From IMG/VR virus record IMGVR_UViG_3300023109_000032, positions 1 to 55,101 of that record: a DNA stretch of 55,101 bases; one strand, 5' to 3'. The position numbers and the translations under genes are program-made. Below are positions 20,223 to 30,154 of this stretch, one piece after another. Each line of letters starts with the position of its first letter. The first letter of the stretch is position 1. The notes below the pieces were generated by a model. It was not told where the DNA came from, made no database searches, and saw only the letters and a list, made by a program, of their open reading frames with translations. The stretch comes from a virus. Its lineage: Duplodnaviria > Caudoviricetes.

Positions 20223-20843
20223 ATGAAAAAGCTCACCTGGTTGTTAGTGTCTTTGTTTTTGCCTTTTGTTGTTTCTTCTCAGTTATGCGATGTTGAATTA
20301 TTAGATATGGATTGGGATGACCAAATTATAACATTAACTTTAAATGATAATGTTTGTTCTAATTCATCTACTCCTAGTTGGGTACCTTACCCTGATTCTG
20401 TGTATGTAGTACAATTAGGATTAAGTTATGGTGGTACGACTTGTACGATAGCTGCTAATTCTACTAATTTTTATCCACCTCTTGGATTAAATGATACTCT
20501 TACTTATACTTTTAGTGATTGGTCAGATCCTTTTGATTGTTTTGCAAATGCATTTACTTATTATCAAGAAACTTGTATAGTTACAGTTTCAGTAGTAGGA
20601 CCTAATAATTCTATTAACTTAGATATGAATAATGGAAATAATTATATAGGCTTTAATCCTGTATGGGATAACTGTTATGGTGTAGCTAATGTTACTGAAT
20701 TAATAAATGCTAATAAGCAGGTAATAGGTGTGTTTGATTTTCTAGGCCGATATATTCAAAAAGATATAATTGGCTTGATTTCTGGGAAATTATATTTAAT
20801 CAAATATAATGATGGCACCATAAAAAAATTACTAGTTACCTAA
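20223..20843 (+). CDS. secreted Cys-containing protein with T9SS-CTD-like tail
   Basis: Signal peptide ending VSS|Q; C-terminus VFDFLGR...LYLIKYNDGTIKK. Confidence 0.65.
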   Translation: MKKLTWLLVSLFLPFVVSSQLCDVELLDMDWDDQIITLTLNDNVCSNSSTPSWVPYPDSVYVVQLGLSYGGTTCTIAANSTNFYPPLGLNDTLTYTFSDWSDPFDCFANAFTYYQETCIVTVSVVGPNNSINLDMNNGNNYIGFNPVWDNCYGVANVTELINANKQVIGVFDFLGRYIQKDIIGLISGKLYLIKYNDGTIKKLLVT

Positions 20844-20891
20844 AGCCCTTTGTATTATGTATCTTAGAGTCACCTTTAAGATATATAATAT

Positions 20892-22088
20892 ATGCGATAC
20901 TTCAAATTATTCATCTTATGTTTTATCCTGGCGATGCCTATCGTCCATGCACAAACTACTACAGTAAACTTGAGGTCACTTAAAACTCACTATGGTGGAA
21001 GCCAATCAGGTCAGATGTATTCACAAAATGCTGACAGTCACATAGAATTTGATGCAATGGTTAATCTTGCTGATGCCGGTACTACACTTTATTTAGATAC
21101 AACGGTAGATATAACAAGTTACCAAGGACCAAGAGGTGGTAATCATACTCCTTATCAACTATGGAATCCACCAAGATGGGGTGGAGCTGGTACTCAAAGA
21201 TATGCAATTATCTATACAGGTTGGTTTAAACCTAATAAAACAGGTACATACGGGTTCAGAACATTCACCGATGACTCACATGAGTTTATGATTAAAGGTA
21301 TTGGTAAAACTAATGATATAGTTACTAAACATTATGGGTGGAATACATGGGCTTATGGTACGGCAACACTAAACAAAAATACATGGTATGAGTTTGAATA
21401 TAGAATACAGAATTTTGGTGGTATAGGTGCTGCAAATTTTCAATATAAAATACCAAGTAGTAATACATACAATCAACTTAGTCCTAATCATCCATTTGCA
21501 GAATGGACTTCTACAGATCCTAACGCGGTACCTATCACGGCGAGTGGTTATATTAAAGGAGCAGAAGAACAAGGTATTGCAGGACAAACTGTTTATCTAA
21601 AGACACAAAATAAAAACCAAGTAGGTTTCTCATATACAACACAAGCAACTACAACAACAGATTCAAATGGATATTATTCATTTAATACTATTTTAAATTA
21701 CAACGATTACGATTTTACAATAGACATCACTCCGACAATAGGAACACTTACAACTTCAGATATTAACTGGTTCCAAGATAGATTACTATCAGATACAGTT
21801 AGTTCTAAAGATTACTGGAGACTTGATGTAAATAATACAGGTTCATTTTCTGCCTCTGACATTTATCTAATGCATCAGAAGAGACAAGGTAACATTTCTA
21901 GTTACCCTGGTGGAGGCCAGGAAATATGGACTACAAATTACTGGCAGCAACCTCATGTATGGGATGCCGTTTCAGTAGACATAGATGATAAATCATTGCT
22001 CTCTGGTTACGGAGCATGGTCCCTCTTTGATTTAGCTAATGGAAATCAAACAACTTTCTATGTAATAAGAGCGGGCCATAAAAACTAA
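20892..22088 (+). CDS. secreted PA14-domain protein with dockerin-like module
   Basis: Signal VHA|Q; YTGWFKPNKTGTYGFRTFTDDS...QNFGG (PA14); DVNNTGSFSASDIYLM (dockerin-like Ca loop). Confidence 0.75.
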   Translation: MRYFKLFILCFILAMPIVHAQTTTVNLRSLKTHYGGSQSGQMYSQNADSHIEFDAMVNLADAGTTLYLDTTVDITSYQGPRGGNHTPYQLWNPPRWGGAGTQRYAIIYTGWFKPNKTGTYGFRTFTDDSHEFMIKGIGKTNDIVTKHYGWNTWAYGTATLNKNTWYEFEYRIQNFGGIGAANFQYKIPSSNTYNQLSPNHPFAEWTSTDPNAVPITASGYIKGAEEQGIAGQTVYLKTQNKNQVGFSYTTQATTTTDSNGYYSFNTILNYNDYDFTIDITPTIGTLTTSDINWFQDRLLSDTVSSKDYWRLDVNNTGSFSASDIYLMHQKRQGNISSYPGGGQEIWTTNYWQQPHVWDAVSVDIDDKSLLSGYGAWSLFDLANGNQTTFYVIRAGHKN

Positions 22089-22105
22089 AAAATAATTAAA
22101 AACAA

Positions 22106-23200
22106 ATGAAACTAAAAAACATTTTTCTAACACTGGCTTTAGCTATCAGTACAACGACGGTCTTCGGCCAGACTACTGCACCTGATGCAACAAAACCTTA
22201 TGTTATTTTTGATTCAACGTACACTTTAGAATCCACTGGTTCTAGTTCAAACACTGAGTTTGATATTTACTATGATAACACATCTGGTAATGCAGTTAAA
22301 GGTATTCAGTTTTCGTTTAATTATGATAACACGGTATTTGATGAACCAACATTAACATATAACAATACATCCGGCCCTGTTGGATATTTGTCGTATGATG
22401 TTGATTCAACAAACGGAGTAGTAAAAGTAGTATGGGTTTATACTGGAGCATCTACCACTTTCGATGTGGTTACTGGTAATATGTTTACAGTAAATGCACC
22501 TTTTCTATCAAATTACACAAACGGAGCAGTTGCTGATGTAGATTTTACTGCTGATCTTACTGCTTATTATGTAAAAGCTGATGGAACAGATGGAGCTCTA
22601 GGCACACAAGATAATGGTGGTAACTTTATAGAACCGGCATTTGATTATGTAGCAACTATCTTAAATAGTGGAACAAATCCAGCTGAATCTATTCCTGTGA
22701 TTTTACAAAAATCATCTGATGGAAATACTTGGGTAGATGTAACTACAGTAACAACGGCTGCTAATGGAACTGCAACATTTTCAGAAAGCTTAGATCAATC
22801 TTACTGGCAAATTAGACTTAAGATTGCAAGTGGATTAGATGCAACTACGGCACTATCAACTGCAGATGCTAATATGATCGCACAAATTGCTGCAGGAGTA
22901 CAATCAGCTTCTGGTATTCAGTTCTATACTGCAAATCCAAATCAAGCTACTGGAATTACAGCATCGGATTCTTATTTAGTATTCTCTAGATTAGCACAAG
23001 GTAACTTAAGTTACGCTTCTAATCCAGATGTATTGTTCTTTACTGAAGCACAATATAATACTATTAATGGTTCTAGTTCAGATCAATCAAGTTCAATTCC
23101 AGGACTATCAGTATTTTTATCTCCACAAATTAATGGAACTACTACCGGTAACTTCTACCTATTAATCTTAGGTGATGCCAACGGTACAGGTTTAAACTAA
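22106..23200 (+). CDS. secreted cohesin-like + Ig-like + dockerin-like protein
   Basis: Signal VFG|Q; VKGIQFSFNYDNTVF (cohesin-like); LSTADANMI...ANPNQATGITASDSYL...LGDANGTG (degenerate dockerin). Confidence 0.65.
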   Translation: MKLKNIFLTLALAISTTTVFGQTTAPDATKPYVIFDSTYTLESTGSSSNTEFDIYYDNTSGNAVKGIQFSFNYDNTVFDEPTLTYNNTSGPVGYLSYDVDSTNGVVKVVWVYTGASTTFDVVTGNMFTVNAPFLSNYTNGAVADVDFTADLTAYYVKADGTDGALGTQDNGGNFIEPAFDYVATILNSGTNPAESIPVILQKSSDGNTWVDVTTVTTAANGTATFSESLDQSYWQIRLKIASGLDATTALSTADANMIAQIAAGVQSASGIQFYTANPNQATGITASDSYLVFSRLAQGNLSYASNPDVLFFTEAQYNTINGSSSDQSSSIPGLSVFLSPQINGTTTGNFYLLILGDANGTGLN

Positions 23201-23201
23201 T

Positions 23202-23939
23202 ATGAGGAGTATACTATTAACATTACTGTTATTACTAACAGCAAGCGCTCAGTCTCAGGTCGTATTTAACGTACCTGAGATTGATGTGCCTGTAAGTGAG
23301 TACATTAACTTGCCTGTAGAAATTGAAACTTCAGGCGAAGATGTTGGTAGTCTAGAATTTGCATTGAACTATAATACTGATTTTTTAGAATTTGTATCAA
23401 TAAGTGTTACAGCTAAAGCACAAGAATGGTTAACCTATACTATGGACTGGGAAGGGGAAACTGTTAGGTGGGGTGGTTATGACGCATCTTTTGGTACCTA
23501 TACGATAAGTAACACTACTGAACTATTCACTTTAAGATTTAGAGTCATTAGTCAAGATTGGGATACTATACCTATTACGATTGGTAGAAAAACAGCAGGT
23601 ACAGAATTAGGCTGGGATATTGAAGTTGAAAATACTGATGGGTATGTTAATAAAAGAATGGCATCATTTGACACCAGACCAATGGATGGAATTTATGGGT
23701 TGGTTTATCCAATCCCAACACGAGGTTTGTTAACTTTTGATCTAACTGTACCAGATAATGGTGATTATGAAATCAGAGTAATAAATTATAATGGAGTAGT
23801 ATACAAAAGACTTAAGAAAAGATTCTTTAGTGGATATGTTTCATTCCAAACAGATTTATCTGATTTAGCACAAGGAATTTATTTGTTGCAAGTAACAAAC
23901 GGTGTGTATGTAAAAACATTCAAAATAATAAAGAAATAA
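23202..23939 (+). CDS. secreted cohesin-domain protein with type A T9SS C-terminal sorting domain
   Basis: Signal AQS|Q; LPVEIE..VGSLEFALNYNTDFLEFVS; YPIPTRG...DLSDLAQGIYLLQV...KTFKIIKK. Confidence 0.8.
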   Translation: MRSILLTLLLLLTASAQSQVVFNVPEIDVPVSEYINLPVEIETSGEDVGSLEFALNYNTDFLEFVSISVTAKAQEWLTYTMDWEGETVRWGGYDASFGTYTISNTTELFTLRFRVISQDWDTIPITIGRKTAGTELGWDIEVENTDGYVNKRMASFDTRPMDGIYGLVYPIPTRGLLTFDLTVPDNGDYEIRVINYNGVVYKRLKKRFFSGYVSFQTDLSDLAQGIYLLQVTNGVYVKTFKIIKK

Positions 23940-23940
23940 G

Positions 23941-24201
23941 ATGGAAGATAAAAAGGGAGGGTTCTTTTCAGAAATTAAGAATCAAATAGTAACTGGGATA
24001 GGTTTAGTTATAACAGCGGCTTTTGGATTATTGATAGCCAATATGCAATCTATATTTGAGCCTAAAGAAGAAAAAGTAGATCCACCTGTCATGGAGCAAA
24101 GAATCAATACACCAAATAATATAAAAGATACTTTGGTAATAACAAAAACAATAGTTATACCTCCTAAGAAAGAAGAAAAAGAAGAAGAGATATCATGGTA
24201 A
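23941..24201 (+). CDS. small single-pass membrane protein
   Basis: One TM segment then a charged Pro-rich tail ending in W. Confidence 0.65.
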   Translation: MEDKKGGFFSEIKNQIVTGIGLVITAAFGLLIANMQSIFEPKEEKVDPPVMEQRINTPNNIKDTLVITKTIVIPPKKEEKEEEISW

Positions 24202-24899
24202 GAATATTTTTAATTGCATTACTTTTATTTAATCTTACGGCTAATGCTCAAATAGGAAAAACTGAAACTGAAGACTATAAGGCTGGCTTTGAACAAAAAT
24301 CAGACATAGATGAGGTATCAGATTATATGTTAGATTATCAATTACCTATTCAAGTTTTAAATATTGGCTTTACTCCAGAATTATATGAGTTCTATCCAGA
24401 GTTAAGAGAGAATCGAGTAGGTCTTGGTGTAAGTAACATTACTTTGTCTTATTTGGAATGGACAGATAGATTTTTATTTACTGAAGATAAAGAAGAAATC
24501 AAACAAAGAATGGTAAAACAACATAAAGCAGCTGCGAAAGGTATATCCGCAAATGATATTAAAGTTGTAGGTAATGTTGTATTGGCAGAGTATTTTGTTT
24601 ATATAGAAATATATGATTATTCTGTATCAGAGGAAGAAGAAGTTACAGTCAGTGGTGTAAAGACAGTTCTTAAAACTATTATCGGTATGCAAGTAAGATT
24701 TGTTAATGCTGAAACAGGAACAATCTTTACAGGAAGTGGGAGCGGTGAAGCAGTTACAATTAAAAGAAGTCAGATTGGTGAAGATAATGAAGTTAAGTTT
24801 AATAAATCAACAATCGGTATTGCAACTAAGAAAGCTTTGGAAACTGCATCAGCTCGTATCATAAAAAGAATGATTAAGCGTGGAATATTTAAAGAATAA
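24195..24899 (+). CDS. CsgG/HfaB-like periplasmic or outer-membrane protein
   Basis: Signal ANA|Q; GLGVSNI..YLEWTDRF; IGMQVRFVNAETGTIFTGSGSGEA; IGIATKKALE. Confidence 0.7.
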   Translation: MVRIFLIALLLFNLTANAQIGKTETEDYKAGFEQKSDIDEVSDYMLDYQLPIQVLNIGFTPELYEFYPELRENRVGLGVSNITLSYLEWTDRFLFTEDKEEIKQRMVKQHKAAAKGISANDIKVVGNVVLAEYFVYIEIYDYSVSEEEEVTVSGVKTVLKTIIGMQVRFVNAETGTIFTGSGSGEAVTIKRSQIGEDNEVKFNKSTIGIATKKALETASARIIKRMIKRGIFKE

Positions 24900-26163
24900 A
24901 ATTTTAATTCTATTACTGTGTTTACCATTTGCTACTTTTGGCCAATGGTCTTATACATTTACAGATCCTTGTACTTTAAATCAACAAACAATCCAAATGG
25001 GTTCCAGTAATTCTATTGCTTTAAATTATTTTGGTAATGTTCAAACATTTACACAGACAGATTTTACAAATGGTACATTTGACTCATGGATGGATTTAGT
25101 AACACAAGCTAATAGTTCATCACCATGTTCAGGTGTAACACAAGTAATTATGAATACCTCAAATACTATTGCTATTCAGAATACTATCTTAGTCGTTACA
25201 AATGTTATGTCAATATTAGGTGGGGAGATGTTACCTAAAGCAATATCTGCATCAGCAGTTCCAGTTGCAGAAGCTATAGATAATGCAGCAGGTGAAGAAG
25301 AGGAAGAAAAAAAGAAAGGTTCATCTAAAAATCAAAATAGTAATAGCACCAGTTCTGAAAATCAAAACAGTACATCAAGTAATGAAAACCAAAGTAGCAG
25401 TGGAGAAGGCAATGGAGGTGGGGAAACTAATGGTGGAGAAGTGACTGAGGAAGAGGAAACTGAAGGCGGTGCAAATTTGTCATTAGCTAATTCTATTTCT
25501 AATGCATTGGACGGTGGAGATGAAGATAATAAAAATAGAGGATCATTAATTGCATCAGGTGATATTATAGTTATTGATAATAGGGATAATTCAAATGGGC
25601 AACAGTTAAAGGTAGTAGGTTCTATTACACGAGCCAATACAAAACAGAGCAGAATTCAAGGTGCTCTTTTTACATACACATCTGTTACTAATGATTTTAG
25701 TTTAACATTTTACAAATCTTGGATTAACCCTAACAAAACTTTTAATTTAGTAGGGGCCAATACAACGATGACTGATTTTAATCAAAATCATTTTAATACC
25801 ACAACAGCTTTAGAATCATGGAAGTGGGGTAAAATTACAGGTATGGCTGGAGCTAACTTTACATTTGGTAAGTTAGGAAAAAGAAATTTACAAAACTTAT
25901 CAGCTGTTACTGGTGCACATAGAAATTTTAGAATAAGTCCAAGGATTACTACTTCAACATTAATACTAGGTGTTTATTCTCCGTTCACTCAATTCTATGA
26001 AGGTAAGTGGTGGGATTCTGGAATTTTGGTAGTTCCATTTAGTTCATGGGATATTAAGATAACAAAAACTTTTAAATATAATATCAGTTTTACAGGCGTT
26101 TGGCATTCTAACGGTAATGCTTTAAATTATCAAATTTTAACCGGTGGTAAAATAAGATTTTAA
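24880..26163 (+). CDS. outer-membrane beta-barrel protein with N-terminal domain and acidic S/G/E linker
   Basis: Signal TFG|Q; alternating amphipathic strands; ends in the beta-signal-like YQILTGGKIRF. Confidence 0.7.
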   Translation: MEYLKNKILILLLCLPFATFGQWSYTFTDPCTLNQQTIQMGSSNSIALNYFGNVQTFTQTDFTNGTFDSWMDLVTQANSSSPCSGVTQVIMNTSNTIAIQNTILVVTNVMSILGGEMLPKAISASAVPVAEAIDNAAGEEEEEKKKGSSKNQNSNSTSSENQNSTSSNENQSSSGEGNGGGETNGGEVTEEEETEGGANLSLANSISNALDGGDEDNKNRGSLIASGDIIVIDNRDNSNGQQLKVVGSITRANTKQSRIQGALFTYTSVTNDFSLTFYKSWINPNKTFNLVGANTTMTDFNQNHFNTTTALESWKWGKITGMAGANFTFGKLGKRNLQNLSAVTGAHRNFRISPRITTSTLILGVYSPFTQFYEGKWWDSGILVVPFSSWDIKITKTFKYNISFTGVWHSNGNALNYQILTGGKIRF

Positions 26164-26164
26164 T

Positions 26165-26602
26165 ATGAAGAATTTAATTATAACATTAATGTTTTTACCT
26201 ATGCTTTCTTTTTCACAGGAATGTTATACTGTGGCTAAAGTAGGTACACACGTAGAGATGGAAGAAATGAGTAAGAACCGTATTGTTTTCGGAATTAAGC
26301 AAATGGTTGAAGATATTATTTCAGACAAGTATGAATTATGCATGGATGGCAAACCTGTAATAATAGTAGTGAAATCAATCGAAGCTCCAACAACTGGAAT
26401 TGAATTAGGCCCATGGACTAAAGTAAGTAAAAAAACTATTGTGAAGTTACTAATCTATATGGATGGTAAAGAAATTGCAGTAGAAGGAAAAGCTAAATCA
26501 ACAGTTGAGGCAACATTCATAGATCTTAATAATGATAAATTAGACTTTAATAAAACTACATTTTCATCAGCAGTTAAGAAAGCAATCGAAAAAGCTCTTT
26601 AA
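26165..26602 (+). CDS. secreted CsgG-paralogue-like small protein
   Basis: Signal SFS|Q; FGIKQMVEDII and FNKTTFSSAVKKAIE parallel FNKSTIGIATKKALE of 24195..24899. Confidence 0.55.
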   Translation: MKNLIITLMFLPMLSFSQECYTVAKVGTHVEMEEMSKNRIVFGIKQMVEDIISDKYELCMDGKPVIIVVKSIEAPTTGIELGPWTKVSKKTIVKLLIYMDGKEIAVEGKAKSTVEATFIDLNNDKLDFNKTTFSSAVKKAIEKAL

Positions 26603-26790
26603 GATAATCTCACTTCTAGTGGGAGATAATCTAATTACATATATACATACATAGTATATAACTAATGATGCTAGCACATCCTTAACATCCTTATATGTAG
26701 ATAAAAGAACTGTATGGACTACATAATGTAATTTATTTTATATAAAACAAAATCATTTTATTACATATAATAATAAATTAGATTTTTATT

Positions 26791-27240
26791 ATGAATAATA
26801 CAAAAGGTAAGATAGGATTTACTGCAGGTAATTTTGATATAATACATCCTGGTTATATTTACACATTTGAAACTGCTAAACAGCATTGTGATTATTTTAT
26901 GGTATTTTTACATGCAGACCCTTCATTACACAGAAAAAGTAAATATACTCCAGTGATACCTTTACATGAAAGGTATAAGACTTTAATGTCATTAGAGTAT
27001 GTTGATGAAGTTGTTACTTATGAAAGCGAAGAAGATCTTTTAAAGTTAATAGAATTTTTTAAACCTGATCTTAGAATACTTGGAGATGATTATATAGGAA
27101 AAAGATTTACAGGAGATCATCTGCCAATAGAAGTTATGTATACAACAAGAAGTCATGGATGGTCAACAACTAAATTAAAGAACTTAATAACTCGAATGAC
27201 TATGAAACAAAACCCTGATTTTTTAAAAAATAAGAAATGA
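26791..27240 (+). CDS. cytidylyltransferase-family nucleotidyltransferase (TagD/RfaE-like)
   Basis: GFTAGNFDIIHPGY (HxGH variant), VDEVVTY, LGDDY, RSHGWSTT. Confidence 0.85.
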   Translation: MNNTKGKIGFTAGNFDIIHPGYIYTFETAKQHCDYFMVFLHADPSLHRKSKYTPVIPLHERYKTLMSLEYVDEVVTYESEEDLLKLIEFFKPDLRILGDDYIGKRFTGDHLPIEVMYTTRSHGWSTTKLKNLITRMTMKQNPDFLKNKK

Positions 27241-28181
27241 GAATAATTGTAACAGGAGGTTTTGGTTTTATAGGATCTGAATTTGTTAATCTTATTGCTA
27301 GAGAAAACCCAAAGGCTCAGATTGTAGTTGTAGATAAAATGACATATGCTGCAAACCCAAAGAATGTTAAAACTGGAATAGCTCTAATTAAAAAAGATAT
27401 ATGTGATGTGACACCCCACGACTTAGGAGAATATGATTACATAGTACATTTTGCAGCAGAGAGCCATGTAGATAATTCTATAACAAATGGCAAACCTTTT
27501 ATCAGAACAAATGTTGAAGGAACATTTAATCTTTTAGAATGCGCAAAACAAAATAAAACTTTAAAGAAATTTATTCACATTTCAACTGATGAAGTTTATG
27601 GCGATATGGATGATCCTAAATACCACTCAATTTTAGGCATTAAGAAAAGAGCAGACGAAAATGATTCTTTAGAAGGTTCTTCATATTACTCTGCAACTAA
27701 AGCTTCATCAGACTTATTAGTTTTGGCTGCTAATAGAACTTTTGGATTACCTTACATAATTACTAGAACTTGTAATAATTATGGATCACATCAACATAAA
27801 GAAAAGTTTTTACCAACTATCTTAAGATCCATTAAAGAAGGTAAAGAAATACCAGTTTATGGTGATGGTAAAAATGTTAGAGAATGGATTGATGTTAGAG
27901 ATAATGTACGACAATTATATAGTTTAATGTTATCAGATTTAACAAATGAAATATTTAATATAGGAACTGGAGAAACTTATACTAATTTAGATATTATAGG
28001 AATGATCGGAATCATTATGAAAAAACCTGTAAAATTCAAATTTGTAAAAGATAGGCTAGGCCATGACAGAAGGTATGAATTAAACTCTAATAAATTAAAT
28101 CAGTGTGCAGATCATTGGATTGATGGTAAATACAGAACATTAACTAACTTCTTGGAAGAAGAAATTAAAAAATTAAAATAA
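27237..28181 (+). CDS. rmlB: dTDP-glucose 4,6-dehydratase
   Basis: VTGGFGFIGS, FAAESHVDNSI, ISTDEVYG, YSATKA, NNYG, RLGHDRRY. Confidence 0.95.
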   Translation: MRIIVTGGFGFIGSEFVNLIARENPKAQIVVVDKMTYAANPKNVKTGIALIKKDICDVTPHDLGEYDYIVHFAAESHVDNSITNGKPFIRTNVEGTFNLLECAKQNKTLKKFIHISTDEVYGDMDDPKYHSILGIKKRADENDSLEGSSYYSATKASSDLLVLAANRTFGLPYIITRTCNNYGSHQHKEKFLPTILRSIKEGKEIPVYGDGKNVREWIDVRDNVRQLYSLMLSDLTNEIFNIGTGETYTNLDIIGMIGIIMKKPVKFKFVKDRLGHDRRYELNSNKLNQCADHWIDGKYRTLTNFLEEEIKKLK

Positions 28182-28438
28182 TGGATAATTGGTTAGATCA
28201 GGCAGTTTGGAATTCATATCAAGTATTAACAGGTATGTATGATTTTGATGGTTTAATAGACCACCTTGAATTAAGAAAGGAAGAAGTTGAAGATCCAGAA
28301 GATGTATCGGTTATGCCGGTATTTTTTATTCCACCTGATAAAGAAGTAGATAACGAAGACATAGATGAAATGATTGCATATTATGAAGACTTGGAGTGTT
28401 ATGAAGAATGTGCAGTATTATTAAAATTAAAAAAATAA
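28181..28438 (+). CDS. acidic protein with C-terminal UVR-like helix
   Basis: YYEDLECYEECAVLLKLKK. Confidence 0.6.
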   Translation: MDNWLDQAVWNSYQVLTGMYDFDGLIDHLELRKEEVEDPEDVSVMPVFFIPPDKEVDNEDIDEMIAYYEDLECYEECAVLLKLKK

Positions 28439-28557
28439 AGATGAAAAGAAAAACAGAAATGAAAAATTTCCTATTAAATCATAAAGGAAATAAATATAAA
28501 GCAAATAACATTTTAAGTTTATTGTGGAATTTTGCAACAGGAAAAACAAGTAAGTAA

Positions 28558-28746
28558 ATGACTAAAGGGCTTATTATATTAGGTGTATTTTTTATACTAA
28601 GTTGGTGTTGGATAGCATATGAAATATGGAAAGCACCCTTAATGCCTGACGACTTTGAATTAAAAGATGAAGATATATGGCCTGCTGATGAATGGCCTGA
28701 TCTATTAGAAGAAGAAGAAGATGAAGAAGATTTTCCAAAAGAATGA
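28558..28746 (+). CDS. small membrane-anchored acidic protein
   Basis: N-terminal TM segment, acidic tail. Confidence 0.55.
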   Translation: MTKGLIILGVFFILSWCWIAYEIWKAPLMPDDFELKDEDIWPADEWPDLLEEEEDEEDFPKE

Positions 28747-28764
28747 ATTGTAATAAATTTAACA

Positions 28765-29079
28765 ATGCCAACAAAAAAGATTAGAACAGAATTTAAAGAA
28801 GCAAGTCTGAAGGAAGTAAGATATGCTATTGTAGAAAATTTCTTTTTTGGATTTAGTGGAGCTATCATTGTTCCGTTCATTGCACTAAGAATGGATGTAG
28901 CAGTACTTATAGGTTATATGATACATTACTTTTATATTAGTAAAGTTATTAACCGACCTAAATACACCACATCATTAGCTAAGTTTATCTTATTCCCTAT
29001 ACCAACAGCGCTTGGTGGATTCACTGGATATAAAGTAGCTTATTTTGTTTCACAATATTTAACAAATTACATACAATGA
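28765..29079 (+). CDS. multi-pass membrane protein
   Basis: Three hydrophobic segments. Confidence 0.65.
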   Translation: MPTKKIRTEFKEASLKEVRYAIVENFFFGFSGAIIVPFIALRMDVAVLIGYMIHYFYISKVINRPKYTTSLAKFILFPIPTALGGFTGYKVAYFVSQYLTNYIQ

Positions 29080-30152
29080 TAGAAGATAAAGATTTTACAA
29101 TAGATGAAAGATACCAGGAGCTGTTACAGACTATTTTAGATTTTAGTAAAGATAAAAAAGATAGAACAGGTACAGGTACAAAATCAATTTTTGGTTATAC
29201 TATCAGGTGGGATATGACTCAAGGGTTTCCTCTTTTAACTACAAAGAGAATGCCAATGAAAACAATTGCCACTGAGCTAAAATGGTTCTTAAAGGGAGAT
29301 ACTAATATTAAGTATTTGGTGGATAATGGGTGTAACATTTGGAACGGTGATGCATATAAGAAATACTCCATGTATGCCGGTAACTTAGAGGAACCAGATT
29401 ACGATGTTCATGTTGAAGACTTACAAGAAAATAGAGTAAGAATTCTGACTGAAAAAGAATTTGTTGAAAGAATCAAAACCGATGATGAGTTTGCTAAGAA
29501 GTGGGGAGAATTAGGTCCAATATATGGAAAGCAGTGGAGAAAATGGGGTAGTGGGGTTTTAGAGGATAAGCACCTAGAACCTATAGACCAAATCAAAGAT
29601 CTAATCAATGAACTTAAAACAAATCCAGACAGTAGACGATTAATGGTTAACGCATGGAATGTTGGTGAATTAGATCAAATGACACTTCCACCTTGCCATT
29701 ACGGTTTTCAGATGTACACAACTGAATTAACATTAGAAGAGAGACAATTAGAATTCTGCCACAGATTAGGTAAAAGCATACACTATGCAAAAAACTTAAA
29801 CCATGCTGATTTAGATTCAGATTATGTACCTAAGAGAAAAATTAGTTTAATGTGGAACCAAAGATCTGTTGATGTATTTTTAGGATTACCTTTTAATATT
29901 GCAAGTTATGCATTACTCTTAAAGTTAATTGCTAAAGAAGTAAATATGGTACCTGATCAACTAATAGGTAACTTAGGAGATACTCATTTATATCTTAATC
30001 ATTTAGACCAAGCAAAAGAACAGCTGAAGAGAGAACCATATTGTTTACCTGAATTAAAAGTAAGTAAAGTAGATATATTAAACGGTGACTTTAATTATGA
30101 ATTACATAGTTATGAAAGTCATCCAAGTATTAAAGCACAATTGAGTAATTAA
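29076..30152 (+). CDS. thyA: thymidylate synthase
   Basis: DRTGTGT, FPLLTTK, LGPIYGKQWR, PDSRRL, LPPCH, QRSVDVFLGLPFNIASY, HLYLNH. Confidence 0.97.
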   Translation: MIEDKDFTIDERYQELLQTILDFSKDKKDRTGTGTKSIFGYTIRWDMTQGFPLLTTKRMPMKTIATELKWFLKGDTNIKYLVDNGCNIWNGDAYKKYSMYAGNLEEPDYDVHVEDLQENRVRILTEKEFVERIKTDDEFAKKWGELGPIYGKQWRKWGSGVLEDKHLEPIDQIKDLINELKTNPDSRRLMVNAWNVGELDQMTLPPCHYGFQMYTTELTLEERQLEFCHRLGKSIHYAKNLNHADLDSDYVPKRKISLMWNQRSVDVFLGLPFNIASYALLLKLIAKEVNMVPDQLIGNLGDTHLYLNHLDQAKEQLKREPYCLPELKVSKVDILNGDFNYELHSYESHPSIKAQLSN

Positions 30153-30154
30153 GA

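Noticed and set aside
29076-30152. Intron or intein in thyA
   Set aside because: The extra segments are short, in frame and lack intein ends or homing-endonuclease motifs; they look like ordinary ThyA insertions
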